Origin: Andalucia godoyi And28
Lineage: Eukaryota > Protista > Jakobida
NCBI GenBank assembly: GCA_009859145.1
Contig: VRVR01000009.1
Coordinates: forward strand, 251,500-315,499
Direction of reading: 5' to 3'
DNA length: 64,000 bases
This document shows positions 53,398 through 62,558 of this stretch, in pieces. The translations under genes were made by a program, and so were the position numbers. The first letter of the stretch is position 1. Each line of letters opens with the position of its first letter. The notes under the pieces are model-generated. The model saw nothing but the letters and a program-made list of their open reading frames with translations. It was not told where the DNA came from and ran no database searches.

Positions 53398-56300
53398 ATG
53401 GGCGCGGCGTCCTCTTGCTTACGCGGTAAGCGGACTGGACGGCTTGCTGTGAATTTCGAGAAGAGAATCAAGCAATTCATACGTGGTTTTCAGAGTCGTT
53501 ATCGCCGATCATGTCGAGTGCTTCGTCATCCTTATTTGGATGCAATTGTGCTGCGGCTTGCGTCGGCGGTGCATTTGGGTGTTCCTTTGAACTGGAGCGA
53601 TCCGATGGTCGATGACGCAGTGATTCAGGCATTTTCGACCGCATTGCGTTCGCTCGATGTTTGGATCGTGGAGAGCATGAGCATTTCCTTGGATTTGTCG
53701 TATTCTTCAGTCTCTGATACTGGGATTCGAAACCTGATCAGTATCAATCCGGCGTGTTTTTCGTCGATTGATTTGCGAGGAGTTAAGATATCAGACAAGT
53801 CATTGCTGGAAATCTCCTTGTATCTGCAGTCAGATAGTTGCAAAATGCGATCACTGCGACTGTCTCCTGCTTCCAGTTTCTATTTGGACAGCGACATTTC
53901 TTCCGATGTCTTCGATGGCAGACCCGCACACGTAATGTTCTCTTGCAAGGGATTGTCCGCATTCTTCTTCCATTTGAAGGATTTCAAATGTTTGCGAAGA
54001 CTCTCGTTACACAACTTTGTGCAGCCAGTGACATGGAATCCGTCAGTGACTGCGGCACTATGCGAAGGATTGATGTCTGCCCCGTGTTTCATTGAAGAAT
54101 TGGATCTATCCGAGAATCAGTTTTTGCACGAGCCGTTCGACGCCTCGATGAAGAACGTGGATTGCATCGTTGACAAGGGGTTGCAACGGAATTCATCCAT
54201 TCTTTTTTTGCGCATTGATGGAAATATTATCTCACGCTCGCAGGCTACTCTGCTTCGTCAAACCTTGGACCGAAATGGATGTTGTGCCGAAATAGTGTCG
54301 AATTGTGTTGCCAGCGCTCTTGCTCATTCTGGATACGAGGCCTTGTCTGCGTCACCAGTCTCTATGGCTGTGCCTGCCAAATCGATAGACAAGACAGCGA
54401 ACAAAGGCATTCAGCTTCAATCCCGAGAGCCGATGACTCCGCGCCCAGAAGCGTTGCCCAACCTGTCGCATGCCCCGTCCCTTCCCCCACTCCAAATTCC
54501 TGCTTCCACGCACTCCCCAGTTTCTGTCGTTACTTTCCCTTCCCCTGATATTGTGAGACTCCGTAGCAATACGAATTCAATCTCCTGCGCTATTTCACTT
54601 GGAGACGAATCAAAATCATCGACAGCCTTGTTTGTTGCAGACTTGAATTTTCGCTCTACAGATCGCGAATGCTTGTTTCTCATGGTGGATGGGCATGGAG
54701 GCTCTGTCGCAGCACGACTTTGTGCGAAATGCATACCTTCGTTCTTATCTTCGTACCTGGAAAATGCCGAATCCCGAGTTTCTCGTCGCAAACGGTGTCT
54801 AACGGACAATGAAATCCTGGAGTGTATGCGTCAGTGCTTCTTCTCTGCTCAATCTCACGCCTCCTACGAGAATGTACCGGATGGTTGCTCCTGTGTGCTG
54901 ACATACATTCGGGACGACAAGGTCTATGTTGCTTCTGCTGGTGATTCTCGCATAGTCACACCATCGTCGTCTGCAGCACACCGCACACATCCTCTGCGGT
55001 TAACCGTGGACCATCTTCCGATTTTGCCAGACGAGAAGAAACGAATTTTAGAGAAGGGAGGGTTTCTGTCCACAGATGGAAGGTTGAATGGTATCTTGGG
55101 GCTTTCGAGATCCATCGGCGACCTTTATCTGCAGCCGTATGTGACGTGCGAGCCGTCGCTGCGGGTTCACCGATTTGCTTCGCCGTCGTCTCCACTGTCT
55201 GCGCAACACAAGGCGTCGCTAATGATTGCTCCGCGATACGTGTGGGATTTGTTTGACGAAGAAAAACTTGTTGACTTCTTGATGACTTCCGGGCAGTCCG
55301 TCGAGGATGCAGTATCTGCAATTGCGCGAGAGACCTTCTCCAAGGACAAACGTCGAATTGCTTTCGGAGTCGTTGAAATCAGTTCTTGTTCATCTTTCAC
55401 AACTGCTGCAGAGGCAAATCTGTTTGTGGATGCAGTTTCAACAGGGGAACGATCGTCTGATACGACCGGTTCGTTCTTTTCATCCATTGTGCCGCGGATT
55501 GTTGGGAACGCCGCCGCTGCTGCTGAAGATGCTTCCTTGTCGGGTGTGTTGAAAACAGAAGGATTCCGTGTTTCCGATCCTCCATCCGGAAGTGTTGGCG
55601 CTGCGAACGGACCGGCGAGTTCAAGTGGAAATCATGAGTTCAATGTCGTGCGGCTTTTTGAAGCCACCGTGCTTGGGGACTTGGATGTTTTGGATTCACT
55701 GTTGCCAATGATCGTTGATGTTTCCCAGCTCATTGATTTCGAAGGGAGGTCGTTGTTGCACGTTGCGGCGTCGAATGGACGCTCTGCAGTCTTGGAGTAT
55801 CTCTTGCCAATGTTTTCCATTGATCGAATTAACCTTCCTGATCGAAACGGACGCACTGCGATGATGGATGCTATTGACTACGGACACGAAGGCTGCTTCC
55901 AGTTACTCGTTCAAAAAGGTGCGCAAGTCCCGCCCCTCGGCTTGGTGGAGGGGGGCATCCAAATGTGCCGTGCAGCTTCGGTGGGAGATTATCGGCTTTT
56001 GCACCGACTCCTATCAGTGTACAAGCTGGACGCCAATTCATGCGATTATGATCTGCGTACTCCATTGATGCTTGCATCCGCGGAGGGTCACATGGATTGC
56101 GTTCAATTGCTGCTGGAGCACGGAGCCGATGTTTGGGCTCGAGATCGATGGCACAACACTGCGTATCAGGAGGCGAGACGGACGGGACACCATGCCATCG
56201 CAGATCGATTGTTGTCGCTGCAAGACAAGTCTGTTTTTGAGTATCTGGACCATACTGTACCTGTTCGTACAGAGGATGTAGCGGTAACTGTTGTCTCTTG

Positions 56301-58320
56301 TGCTTCTGCGGATGTCCTCGACAACAGCGAAAGCCCGCAAACGAATCATGTGTCAGCGCCAGCGCCAGCGACTGCGTCAGTGAATGAGATGCAACGCCCT
56401 GTTGATGGTGCGCGATTCAAGCCGGAGTCAAGAAGTCGGTTCTTGAGGATGTGCAGCTCTTTTCTCTCAAACTGCTTTGACTGGAAGGCGGTGCCATCCC
56501 TCGGACCGCCGACTGCTGCAACGCCAGCCAGTTGTCCAGTTGACGACTTAAATGTTCAGATTGTGTATGGTGAATTTTGGCTTCCGCGCCAGGATGGGTT
56601 TTTGGAATGTTCTTCCGCGTATTTCATTTCGGAAGAGTGCAGAAGTGATCCAAGACTCTTGTTTTTCCGGGACCAGACACTGGCATATGCCTTTGAAATT
56701 TCTTGCGACACTCCTGGTCGCGTGTTTGCATCTCTTCGATCAGAGTTTCTGCATCCACTGTCTTCTCCGTCCACCACGCAAACGGATTTTCTTCGTAAGC
56801 ACCTCGCTATCCAGTGCGGTTTGGATACCTGCATTGGGGTTCCGTTTGTTTTTGGCTCCAATCAATGTGTGGCGGTTGCGGTGTTTTTTGGACGATATGT
56901 ACCGTCTGCTGCTGTTGATACACGCGGGTTGCACCAGCTGGCCACGGCACCCTGGTTTCGGTGCTCACAAGCGTCCTTGCTGCTTAGGTCTTGGCAATCC
57001 CTCGCGCATCATTTGTCGACAATATTGGTGTCTCTTGCGCAGATTGATTGTCAAGTCTCTTCGCCGTATTCATATGTCTCTTATCTGGTTTCGTTGGTAG
57101 ACCAGATCACCGATGTCCCCTTTGCTGATTTGCTGAAGGTCCTGTGTCATATGGGCGGTTTAGAGCCCTTCTATCAACTGCTGCGAAGCATGTCCTCCGA
57201 TGATCACAAAGCAGCGATGGCGTTTCTTTCTCTGGTGTGCTTGGCGCCTGTGTGCAGCATGCTCCCAGCCGAAGTGAAATCCACAATTCGAGAGCTGCTA
57301 TTCTATTTGCTGGCTGTTTCTCCGGTAATTCCCAAGAATCTCCAGACTTCAGAACCGGTCCTGGACATTGCTCGCAGATGTCTTCTTCAGTTATGTGGAG
57401 AGACTGTGCGAATTCCATATTCTCCTTCCTCCGGTTTTATCTCCCCCATTATTCGCGCATTGTCCGGTGTGGCGGCCGAGATTTTGGCGTTCCAAGTGGA
57501 AGAATCAAAGATCTTACGCGTGGCTCAGAAGTTTTCTGTGTCCTTCTCGTCTCCTTCTGATTTTTCCATTTCATCTTTCGATATATATACTATTCTAGGA
57601 GCGAAGCCGAGTGTTTCATCACCGTCGGGTGGGGGCGGTGGCGGTGGCGGTGGCAGACCACAGTTTTCAGCTGTCCGGAGTCGTTTTCCGCTTCCCATTG
57701 CGCCTCGAAATTCGTATTACTCATCGTATGACAGCGGGAGCATGTATTCGAACAAGAAGGCTTCAGCTTCGGACATGGAAATTGAAAACATCTTTGCCTT
57801 TTGTTCTGAATGCATCAAGAATTTCCGGAGCTTGTTGGGCAAAGAGGATATTCCCTCCTCTGTGCTGACTGTTGATTCGGTTTTGAAGCTGCATTCTTCG
57901 CTTGTGCATCTAGATGGTTCTGTTGAGAAGGGCCATTTCCGTACGGAGGCTGCCGTGGGATCCTTCATGTTCTTCAAGTCGTATCGGTGCTTCATGCCAG
58001 CAGAAGAGGTGTCGTATGGAATGTCCATTTATGAACGGGAACTGAATTCGCCTCAGTGGAAAACGTTTGATGATGAAGGAAAGCTGAATCCATTGGGCGT
58101 AATTCGAAAAGCGTATTATGCTTTTGCTGCGCTTGTATACTATATTCATCCGTTTGAAGATGGAAACGGCCGCGTTGCCCGCCTGCTATGCTCTTTGGTT
58201 CTGCGGATGTATGGCTGCAGCGTCGTACCCTTGTCAAGCGCAGACAAGTTGTTGTCATTCGCTGAATTTATTGACAAGATTGCGAACGCAGGAGGACCGT
58301 ATCTGAATCGATATTCGTAA
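53398..58320 (+). CDS. Multidomain protein: N-acylation/IQ-like, LRR, PP2C-like, ankyrin, GAF-like and Fic domains, 1640 aa
   Basis: MGAASSC; RNI-like LRRs (IEELDLSENQF, ILFLRIDGNII); DGHGG, AGDSR, LSRSIGD; ankyrins (GRSLLHVAASNG, DYDLRTPLMLASAEG); EFWLP...TPGRVF...CIGVPF; HPFEDGNGRVAR at 58147-58182. Confidence 0.9.
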   Translation: MGAASSCLRGKRTGRLAVNFEKRIKQFIRGFQSRYRRSCRVLRHPYLDAIVLRLASAVHLGVPLNWSDPMVDDAVIQAFSTALRSLDVWIVESMSISLDLSYSSVSDTGIRNLISINPACFSSIDLRGVKISDKSLLEISLYLQSDSCKMRSLRLSPASSFYLDSDISSDVFDGRPAHVMFSCKGLSAFFFHLKDFKCLRRLSLHNFVQPVTWNPSVTAALCEGLMSAPCFIEELDLSENQFLHEPFDASMKNVDCIVDKGLQRNSSILFLRIDGNIISRSQATLLRQTLDRNGCCAEIVSNCVASALAHSGYEALSASPVSMAVPAKSIDKTANKGIQLQSREPMTPRPEALPNLSHAPSLPPLQIPASTHSPVSVVTFPSPDIVRLRSNTNSISCAISLGDESKSSTALFVADLNFRSTDRECLFLMVDGHGGSVAARLCAKCIPSFLSSYLENAESRVSRRKRCLTDNEILECMRQCFFSAQSHASYENVPDGCSCVLTYIRDDKVYVASAGDSRIVTPSSSAAHRTHPLRLTVDHLPILPDEKKRILEKGGFLSTDGRLNGILGLSRSIGDLYLQPYVTCEPSLRVHRFASPSSPLSAQHKASLMIAPRYVWDLFDEEKLVDFLMTSGQSVEDAVSAIARETFSKDKRRIAFGVVEISSCSSFTTAAEANLFVDAVSTGERSSDTTGSFFSSIVPRIVGNAAAAAEDASLSGVLKTEGFRVSDPPSGSVGAANGPASSSGNHEFNVVRLFEATVLGDLDVLDSLLPMIVDVSQLIDFEGRSLLHVAASNGRSAVLEYLLPMFSIDRINLPDRNGRTAMMDAIDYGHEGCFQLLVQKGAQVPPLGLVEGGIQMCRAASVGDYRLLHRLLSVYKLDANSCDYDLRTPLMLASAEGHMDCVQLLLEHGADVWARDRWHNTAYQEARRTGHHAIADRLLSLQDKSVFEYLDHTVPVRTEDVAVTVVSCASADVLDNSESPQTNHVSAPAPATASVNEMQRPVDGARFKPESRSRFLRMCSSFLSNCFDWKAVPSLGPPTAATPASCPVDDLNVQIVYGEFWLPRQDGFLECSSAYFISEECRSDPRLLFFRDQTLAYAFEISCDTPGRVFASLRSEFLHPLSSPSTTQTDFLRKHLAIQCGLDTCIGVPFVFGSNQCVAVAVFFGRYVPSAAVDTRGLHQLATAPWFRCSQASLLLRSWQSLAHHLSTILVSLAQIDCQVSSPYSYVSYLVSLVDQITDVPFADLLKVLCHMGGLEPFYQLLRSMSSDDHKAAMAFLSLVCLAPVCSMLPAEVKSTIRELLFYLLAVSPVIPKNLQTSEPVLDIARRCLLQLCGETVRIPYSPSSGFISPIIRALSGVAAEILAFQVEESKILRVAQKFSVSFSSPSDFSISSFDIYTILGAKPSVSSPSGGGGGGGGGRPQFSAVRSRFPLPIAPRNSYYSSYDSGSMYSNKKASASDMEIENIFAFCSECIKNFRSLLGKEDIPSSVLTVDSVLKLHSSLVHLDGSVEKGHFRTEAAVGSFMFFKSYRCFMPAEEVSYGMSIYERELNSPQWKTFDDEGKLNPLGVIRKAYYAFAALVYYIHPFEDGNGRVARLLCSLVLRMYGCSVVPLSSADKLLSFAEFIDKIANAGGPYLNRYS

Positions 58321-58394
58321 TCCGTCAAGCAGTCCAAGACAAGCCGTGAGACGTCTCGACGCGCGATTCATTTCTCACGCATCGCGCAGCAGCA

Positions 58395-59813
58395 TCAAGG
58401 TGCTAAAATCCAGTAATTCAGTACAATATTACTACTTGACTTGCGCATCGTTTCCGTACAATGTGTTTCCAATTTTGAAATCATATGACGAACCCAGCAA
58501 TCGTATTGGTGTGCATCGGCCAGAATTTCGGCCGGTACCGAGAATGAAGTTTTTCGAGCGGTCAGCTTGTCGGAACCATGAATATAGATCGACGGGGTAG
58601 TTTGATATATTTCGAACCATCCAGACGGCGACGGCGGCGGCGGCGGAACGAGCGCATTTGGAGAGGTCAGCACCACAGGCGTGGAGTGAATCCACAAGTC
58701 AAAAATCAGATTTGCCACTTGCACCCAGCTAATGCAAATGCCATCCAGCTGCGCCAGAGGATTTGGAACCAGCAAAACACATGGAGTTTGATGGTGGAAT
58801 GGACGGGGCAATGCATCGGAGAACGTTCGAGATCGGCTGGTTTTCGCTTGGAAGTTAAACAGCAAGTCAGCACCGTCGCGCACGGAACACTCTGATACGT
58901 CCAGGTCGATGCTCCCGATGATCAGAACGCGTGAGCGAATCGCTGACGGCTCGATGTGGAATTGTTCGTATACAGCATCATAAGAATGAGATATCGACGA
59001 GTCGTGCAGCGATGGGGTACGCGGCTGTTCCTCCTGGCCGAATGTAGGCTGTTCCGCGACTGAGTACGCGACCGTTTCAGTGTACATGGCATCAAACAAC
59101 ACACCGTTGGTGCGAAGGAACGCGACCACTTTTTCTGCGTAATGAACAGACACCGAAAAAGGAGATACAAGTGCAATTTGGAAATGCTCAGCCAGTCGGT
59201 TCATGCCGTCCACAACACCCGGTCTGGGAAACGAAATCGCAACGTCTGGTTTGAAGGACAGCCGCCCGGCATCCACCAGCAGATTTTCCCAGTGCAAGAC
59301 AAGCAATGGCTCGCGGCGCATATGGAGTCTTGGAGAGAACACCAGCGGCAAGCAGACACGACGCGGCATACAAACTGCTGCAGAGGCTCCAACAGTCACT
59401 TTGGAAGCTGCCAAACTCGTTGGCCCAAACGGAGCGGAATTGGAGCGTTTTCGAGGTTCGGCTCGCGAGCCAGATAGCACCGTCGCTCCGCGATTCAGCC
59501 GCGAGATTTCCCGCTCTGCTCGTTCCTGGACTCGGCCGACAATTTCCTTCGGACGATCCAATGTCAGAGTTGGGAAGAACTGGCCGTACAAGCGAATGTA
59601 CTCGGACAATGGATGGTCCAGTCCTGCAGTCGCATCGGCGTCAGCTGCAGCGCCCGCATTCGCAGTGGCAACAGCACTGCTTGTAAAACCCGTGGATGGA
59701 ACAGCAGTCGCATTTTCAGGCTTTGCTAATCGAAGAAACTCGTCGTCTTTTGCCGCTCGGCTGAAGGACGACGATCGAGGGCGTCTGTTGCCCATGCCCA
59801 TGCTCATGCTCAT
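58395..59813 (-). CDS. Uncharacterised protein with a degenerate FCP1/SCP(NIF)-type HAD-like domain, about 472 aa
   Basis: PLLVLHWENLLV...PRPGVVDGMNRLAEHFQIALVS resembles NIF-domain LVLDLDETLV...RPG...L..L...FEIV.FT but lacks DxDxT. Start uncertain. Confidence 0.6.
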   Translation of the reverse strand: MSMSMGMGNRRPRSSSFSRAAKDDEFLRLAKPENATAVPSTGFTSSAVATANAGAAADADATAGLDHPLSEYIRLYGQFFPTLTLDRPKEIVGRVQERAEREISRLNRGATVLSGSRAEPRKRSNSAPFGPTSLAASKVTVGASAAVCMPRRVCLPLVFSPRLHMRREPLLVLHWENLLVDAGRLSFKPDVAISFPRPGVVDGMNRLAEHFQIALVSPFSVSVHYAEKVVAFLRTNGVLFDAMYTETVAYSVAEQPTFGQEEQPRTPSLHDSSISHSYDAVYEQFHIEPSAIRSRVLIIGSIDLDVSECSVRDGADLLFNFQAKTSRSRTFSDALPRPFHHQTPCVLLVPNPLAQLDGICISWVQVANLIFDLWIHSTPVVLTSPNALVPPPPPSPSGWFEIYQTTPSIYIHGSDKLTARKTSFSVPAEILADAHQYDCWVRHMISKLETHCTETMRKSSSNIVLNYWILAP

Positions 59814-59819
59814 GTTCAC

Positions 59820-59862
59820 GCTTATGCTTATGCTTATGCTTATGCTTATGCTTATGCTTATG
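59820..59862 (+). repeat. (GCTTAT)n hexamer repeat
   Basis: Read directly upstream of the HAD-like gene. Confidence 0.9.
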
Positions 59863-60154
59863 CTATCGTTACATCCAGTGCATTACTCTGACTACTATTC
59901 TAACTACTCCATGTATTGTCTTTTTTCCTCTTTCTCTTTTTCTCTTGGTTTTCTTGGCGGAATCTGAGCATTTTTGCACAACTATTGATCTGCTGCAGTC
60001 GACATTCGTCAACGACCGCGATACAATCTTTCCAATTATTATTATTATTATTATATTTTTTTAAAGGATTTTCATTTATTATTGCGTCTGCGCATTCTCG
60101 ACAAGAGGACTCCGACGACACTGGTTCTGGTCAGCGCTGGGATGATGCGAGTCT

Positions 60155-62101
60155 TCACTTCTTTTCCTTGAATTCCGCATCCATAGTGTTACCTTTCTGC
60201 TCCTGTGCAGTGCCGGTGCTCTGGCTGCCGCCCGTCGCCTTGTAGAAAGCCTCTCCAATCTTCATGCTGGCTTGCTGGACCGCAGTCGTCGCCTGGCGGA
60301 CAGCCTCCAAGTCATCCTTTGTCATCGCCTCGCGCAACGCCGCAACCGCCTTTCTGCAGCCATCGACAACAGCTGCGTCAACCTTGTCCTTGTACTGGTT
60401 GATATTCTTCTCCGTGGTGTGAATGATCGACTCGGCTTCATTCTTGACTTCGACAAGTTCCTTGCGCTTCTTATCTGCATCCTTGTGCGACTCGGCTTCG
60501 CGAACCATGCGCTCAATTTCCTCCTTTCGGAGTCCGCCAGAAGACTGGATCTGTACCTTTTGCACGTTGCCGGTTGCCTTGTCTCGTGCCGATACCTCGA
60601 CAATGGAATCGGGTGTGATTTCAAACGTCACCTCAATCTGCGGTACTCCGCGAGGTGCAGGAGGAAGGTCAATAAGATCAAACTGTGCGAGCACCTTGTT
60701 GTCCGCCGCCATCTCTCGTTCTCCTTGCAGCACCTTAATGGATACTTGAGTCTGGTTATCTGCGGCCGTCGAAAAGACCTGCGACTTCTTTGTCGGGATC
60801 GTTGTGTTTCGGGAGATCAACGGCGTGAAAACTCCTCCAAGAGTCTCAATTCCGAGAGACAACGGAGTCACATCAAGCAGCAGAACGTCCTTCACCTCGC
60901 CTTTCAGTACTCCTCCCTGGATGGCCGCACCAACTGCGACGACTTCATCAGGGTTCACTCCCTTGTACGGCTCGCGGTTGAAGATCTTTCGGACAACCTC
61001 TGCAACCTTGGGCATGCGCGTCATTCCTCCAACAAGGATGACTTCGTTGATGTCCGCGGGGGAGAGCTTTGCATCCTTCAATGCTTTTTGGCAGGGCTCC
61101 ACTGTTCGATCCATCAGATCCGAAGTGAGCTTCTCAAACTGTGCACGAGTGAGAGACATCATGAGATGCTTGGGGCCCGACGCGTCGGCGGTGATGAATG
61201 GCAGGTTGATCTCCGTGTTCATTGCAGATGACAGTTCGATCTTTGCCTTTTCTGCAGCTTCTTTGAGACGCTGCATCGCAAGGCGATCTCCGGAAAGATC
61301 GATTCCGTGCTGTTGCTTGAAATCATTCAGAATGTACATCAAACACGTCTGATCAAAATCTTCTCCACCGAGGAATGTATCGCCATTCGTGGACTTGACC
61401 TCAAAGACTCCGTTGCCCATTTCAAGGATGGAGATATCAAAAGTACCGCCACCCAAATCATAGACTGCAACAGTCTTGTTGGACCCCTTTTCCAAACCAT
61501 ATGCCAACGCAGCCGCAGTCGGCTCGTTGATGATTCGGAGGACCTCAAGACCTGCAATTGCGCCTGCGTCTTTGGTCGCTTGGCGTTGGGAATCATTGAA
61601 GTATGCGGGAACCGTGATGACAGCCTGCGTGACCGGGCGCTGCAAATACGTCTCTGCGGTTTCCTTCATCTTCATGAGCACAAAGGCACCAATTTGCGAA
61701 GGCGAGTATCCTTTGCCCATGACTTCTACCCAGGCATCGCCGTTCGTATGCCTCGAAATCTTAAAGGGAACCATCTTCTTTTCCTTTTGAACTTCTGCAT
61801 CGTCAAACGCTCTGCCGATCAGACGTTTTGCAGAGTACACGGTGTTCTCCGGATTTGTGACCGCCTGGCGCTTGGCAGGCTGGCCAACCAGTCGCTGACC
61901 GTCTTTGGTAAACGCAACAATCGACGGCGTAGTGCGCATTCCCTCTGCATTCTCGATAACTCGAGGAGTGTTTCCTTCCATGACTGCAACACAGGAATTT
62001 GTCGTGCCAAGATCAATTCCAATAATATCGGACTTCGCTGCCGAAAAGACACGAGGTCTCAGACCAGTGCGCGAAATAAAGCGAGACGAAGCACGAAACA
62101 T
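60155..62101 (-). CDS. HSPA9: Mitochondrial HSP70, 648 aa
   Basis: Arg-rich presequence [57 protein letters not shown]; no EEVD or KDEL terminus. Confidence 0.96.
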   Translation of the reverse strand: MFRASSRFISRTGLRPRVFSAAKSDIIGIDLGTTNSCVAVMEGNTPRVIENAEGMRTTPSIVAFTKDGQRLVGQPAKRQAVTNPENTVYSAKRLIGRAFDDAEVQKEKKMVPFKISRHTNGDAWVEVMGKGYSPSQIGAFVLMKMKETAETYLQRPVTQAVITVPAYFNDSQRQATKDAGAIAGLEVLRIINEPTAAALAYGLEKGSNKTVAVYDLGGGTFDISILEMGNGVFEVKSTNGDTFLGGEDFDQTCLMYILNDFKQQHGIDLSGDRLAMQRLKEAAEKAKIELSSAMNTEINLPFITADASGPKHLMMSLTRAQFEKLTSDLMDRTVEPCQKALKDAKLSPADINEVILVGGMTRMPKVAEVVRKIFNREPYKGVNPDEVVAVGAAIQGGVLKGEVKDVLLLDVTPLSLGIETLGGVFTPLISRNTTIPTKKSQVFSTAADNQTQVSIKVLQGEREMAADNKVLAQFDLIDLPPAPRGVPQIEVTFEITPDSIVEVSARDKATGNVQKVQIQSSGGLRKEEIERMVREAESHKDADKKRKELVEVKNEAESIIHTTEKNINQYKDKVDAAVVDGCRKAVAALREAMTKDDLEAVRQATTAVQQASMKIGEAFYKATGGSQSTGTAQEQKGNTMDAEFKEKK

Positions 62102-62428
62102 TTCTTCTTTATACAAATCGAAAAAAAGATCACTCAAACGAGTCGTTTGTCAACAAGAGAATAAAAGAAAAAAGAGAAAGAGATGCTAAAGAATCCAGGA
62201 AAAAGAAGAAAACAGAAGAAAAAACTCTCAATAAAAACCACTCGTACTTTCCCCAGAAGTATTTTGTTCTGCTTTACCTGTTCTGCGGCGTTGAATTGAA
62301 GCTGACAAGTGAAATTGAGATGTTCCCAAAAAAAGCTTCCGGTTGGGTTGGGTCGAGGGCTTTCTCTCGCGCTTGCTGTTGACGTCACATACGCGAATTT
62401 ATATTTTCGGGAGGGGAGGTTCCTTTTC

Positions 62429-62437
62429 AAACCCTAA
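62429..62437 (+). promoter_or_regulatory. Telo-box-like AAACCCTAA upstream of mtHSP70, next to a TGACGTCA palindrome (62380-62387)
   Basis: Motifs read directly; function inferred. Confidence 0.3.
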
Positions 62438-62558
62438 TGTCCGAATGACGTACTACGGCTGTTTCCAAAGACCCGTCCTCGTGGCCCCCCACCATGGGGC
62501 CCCCTGCGGCTGGTTCGTGCGGCAGCCAGGCCTTCTAGGCAACTGGCTTCTCCAGTCT

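Noticed and set aside
57760-57795. SDMEIEN as a Fic autoinhibitory (S/T)xxxE(G/N) motif
   Set aside because: Spacing does not fit (D, not S/T, at position 1), and its distance to LTVDSVLKLH matches the ordinary E-x-x-N helix of the Fic core. I found no convincing inhibitory helix.
53398-62101. mtHSP70 or GRP94 as Fic targets because they are nearby (by analogy with FICD-BiP)
   Set aside because: Gene proximity is not evidence of function in eukaryotes, and the predicted compartments differ (cytosolic membrane face versus matrix or ER lumen).
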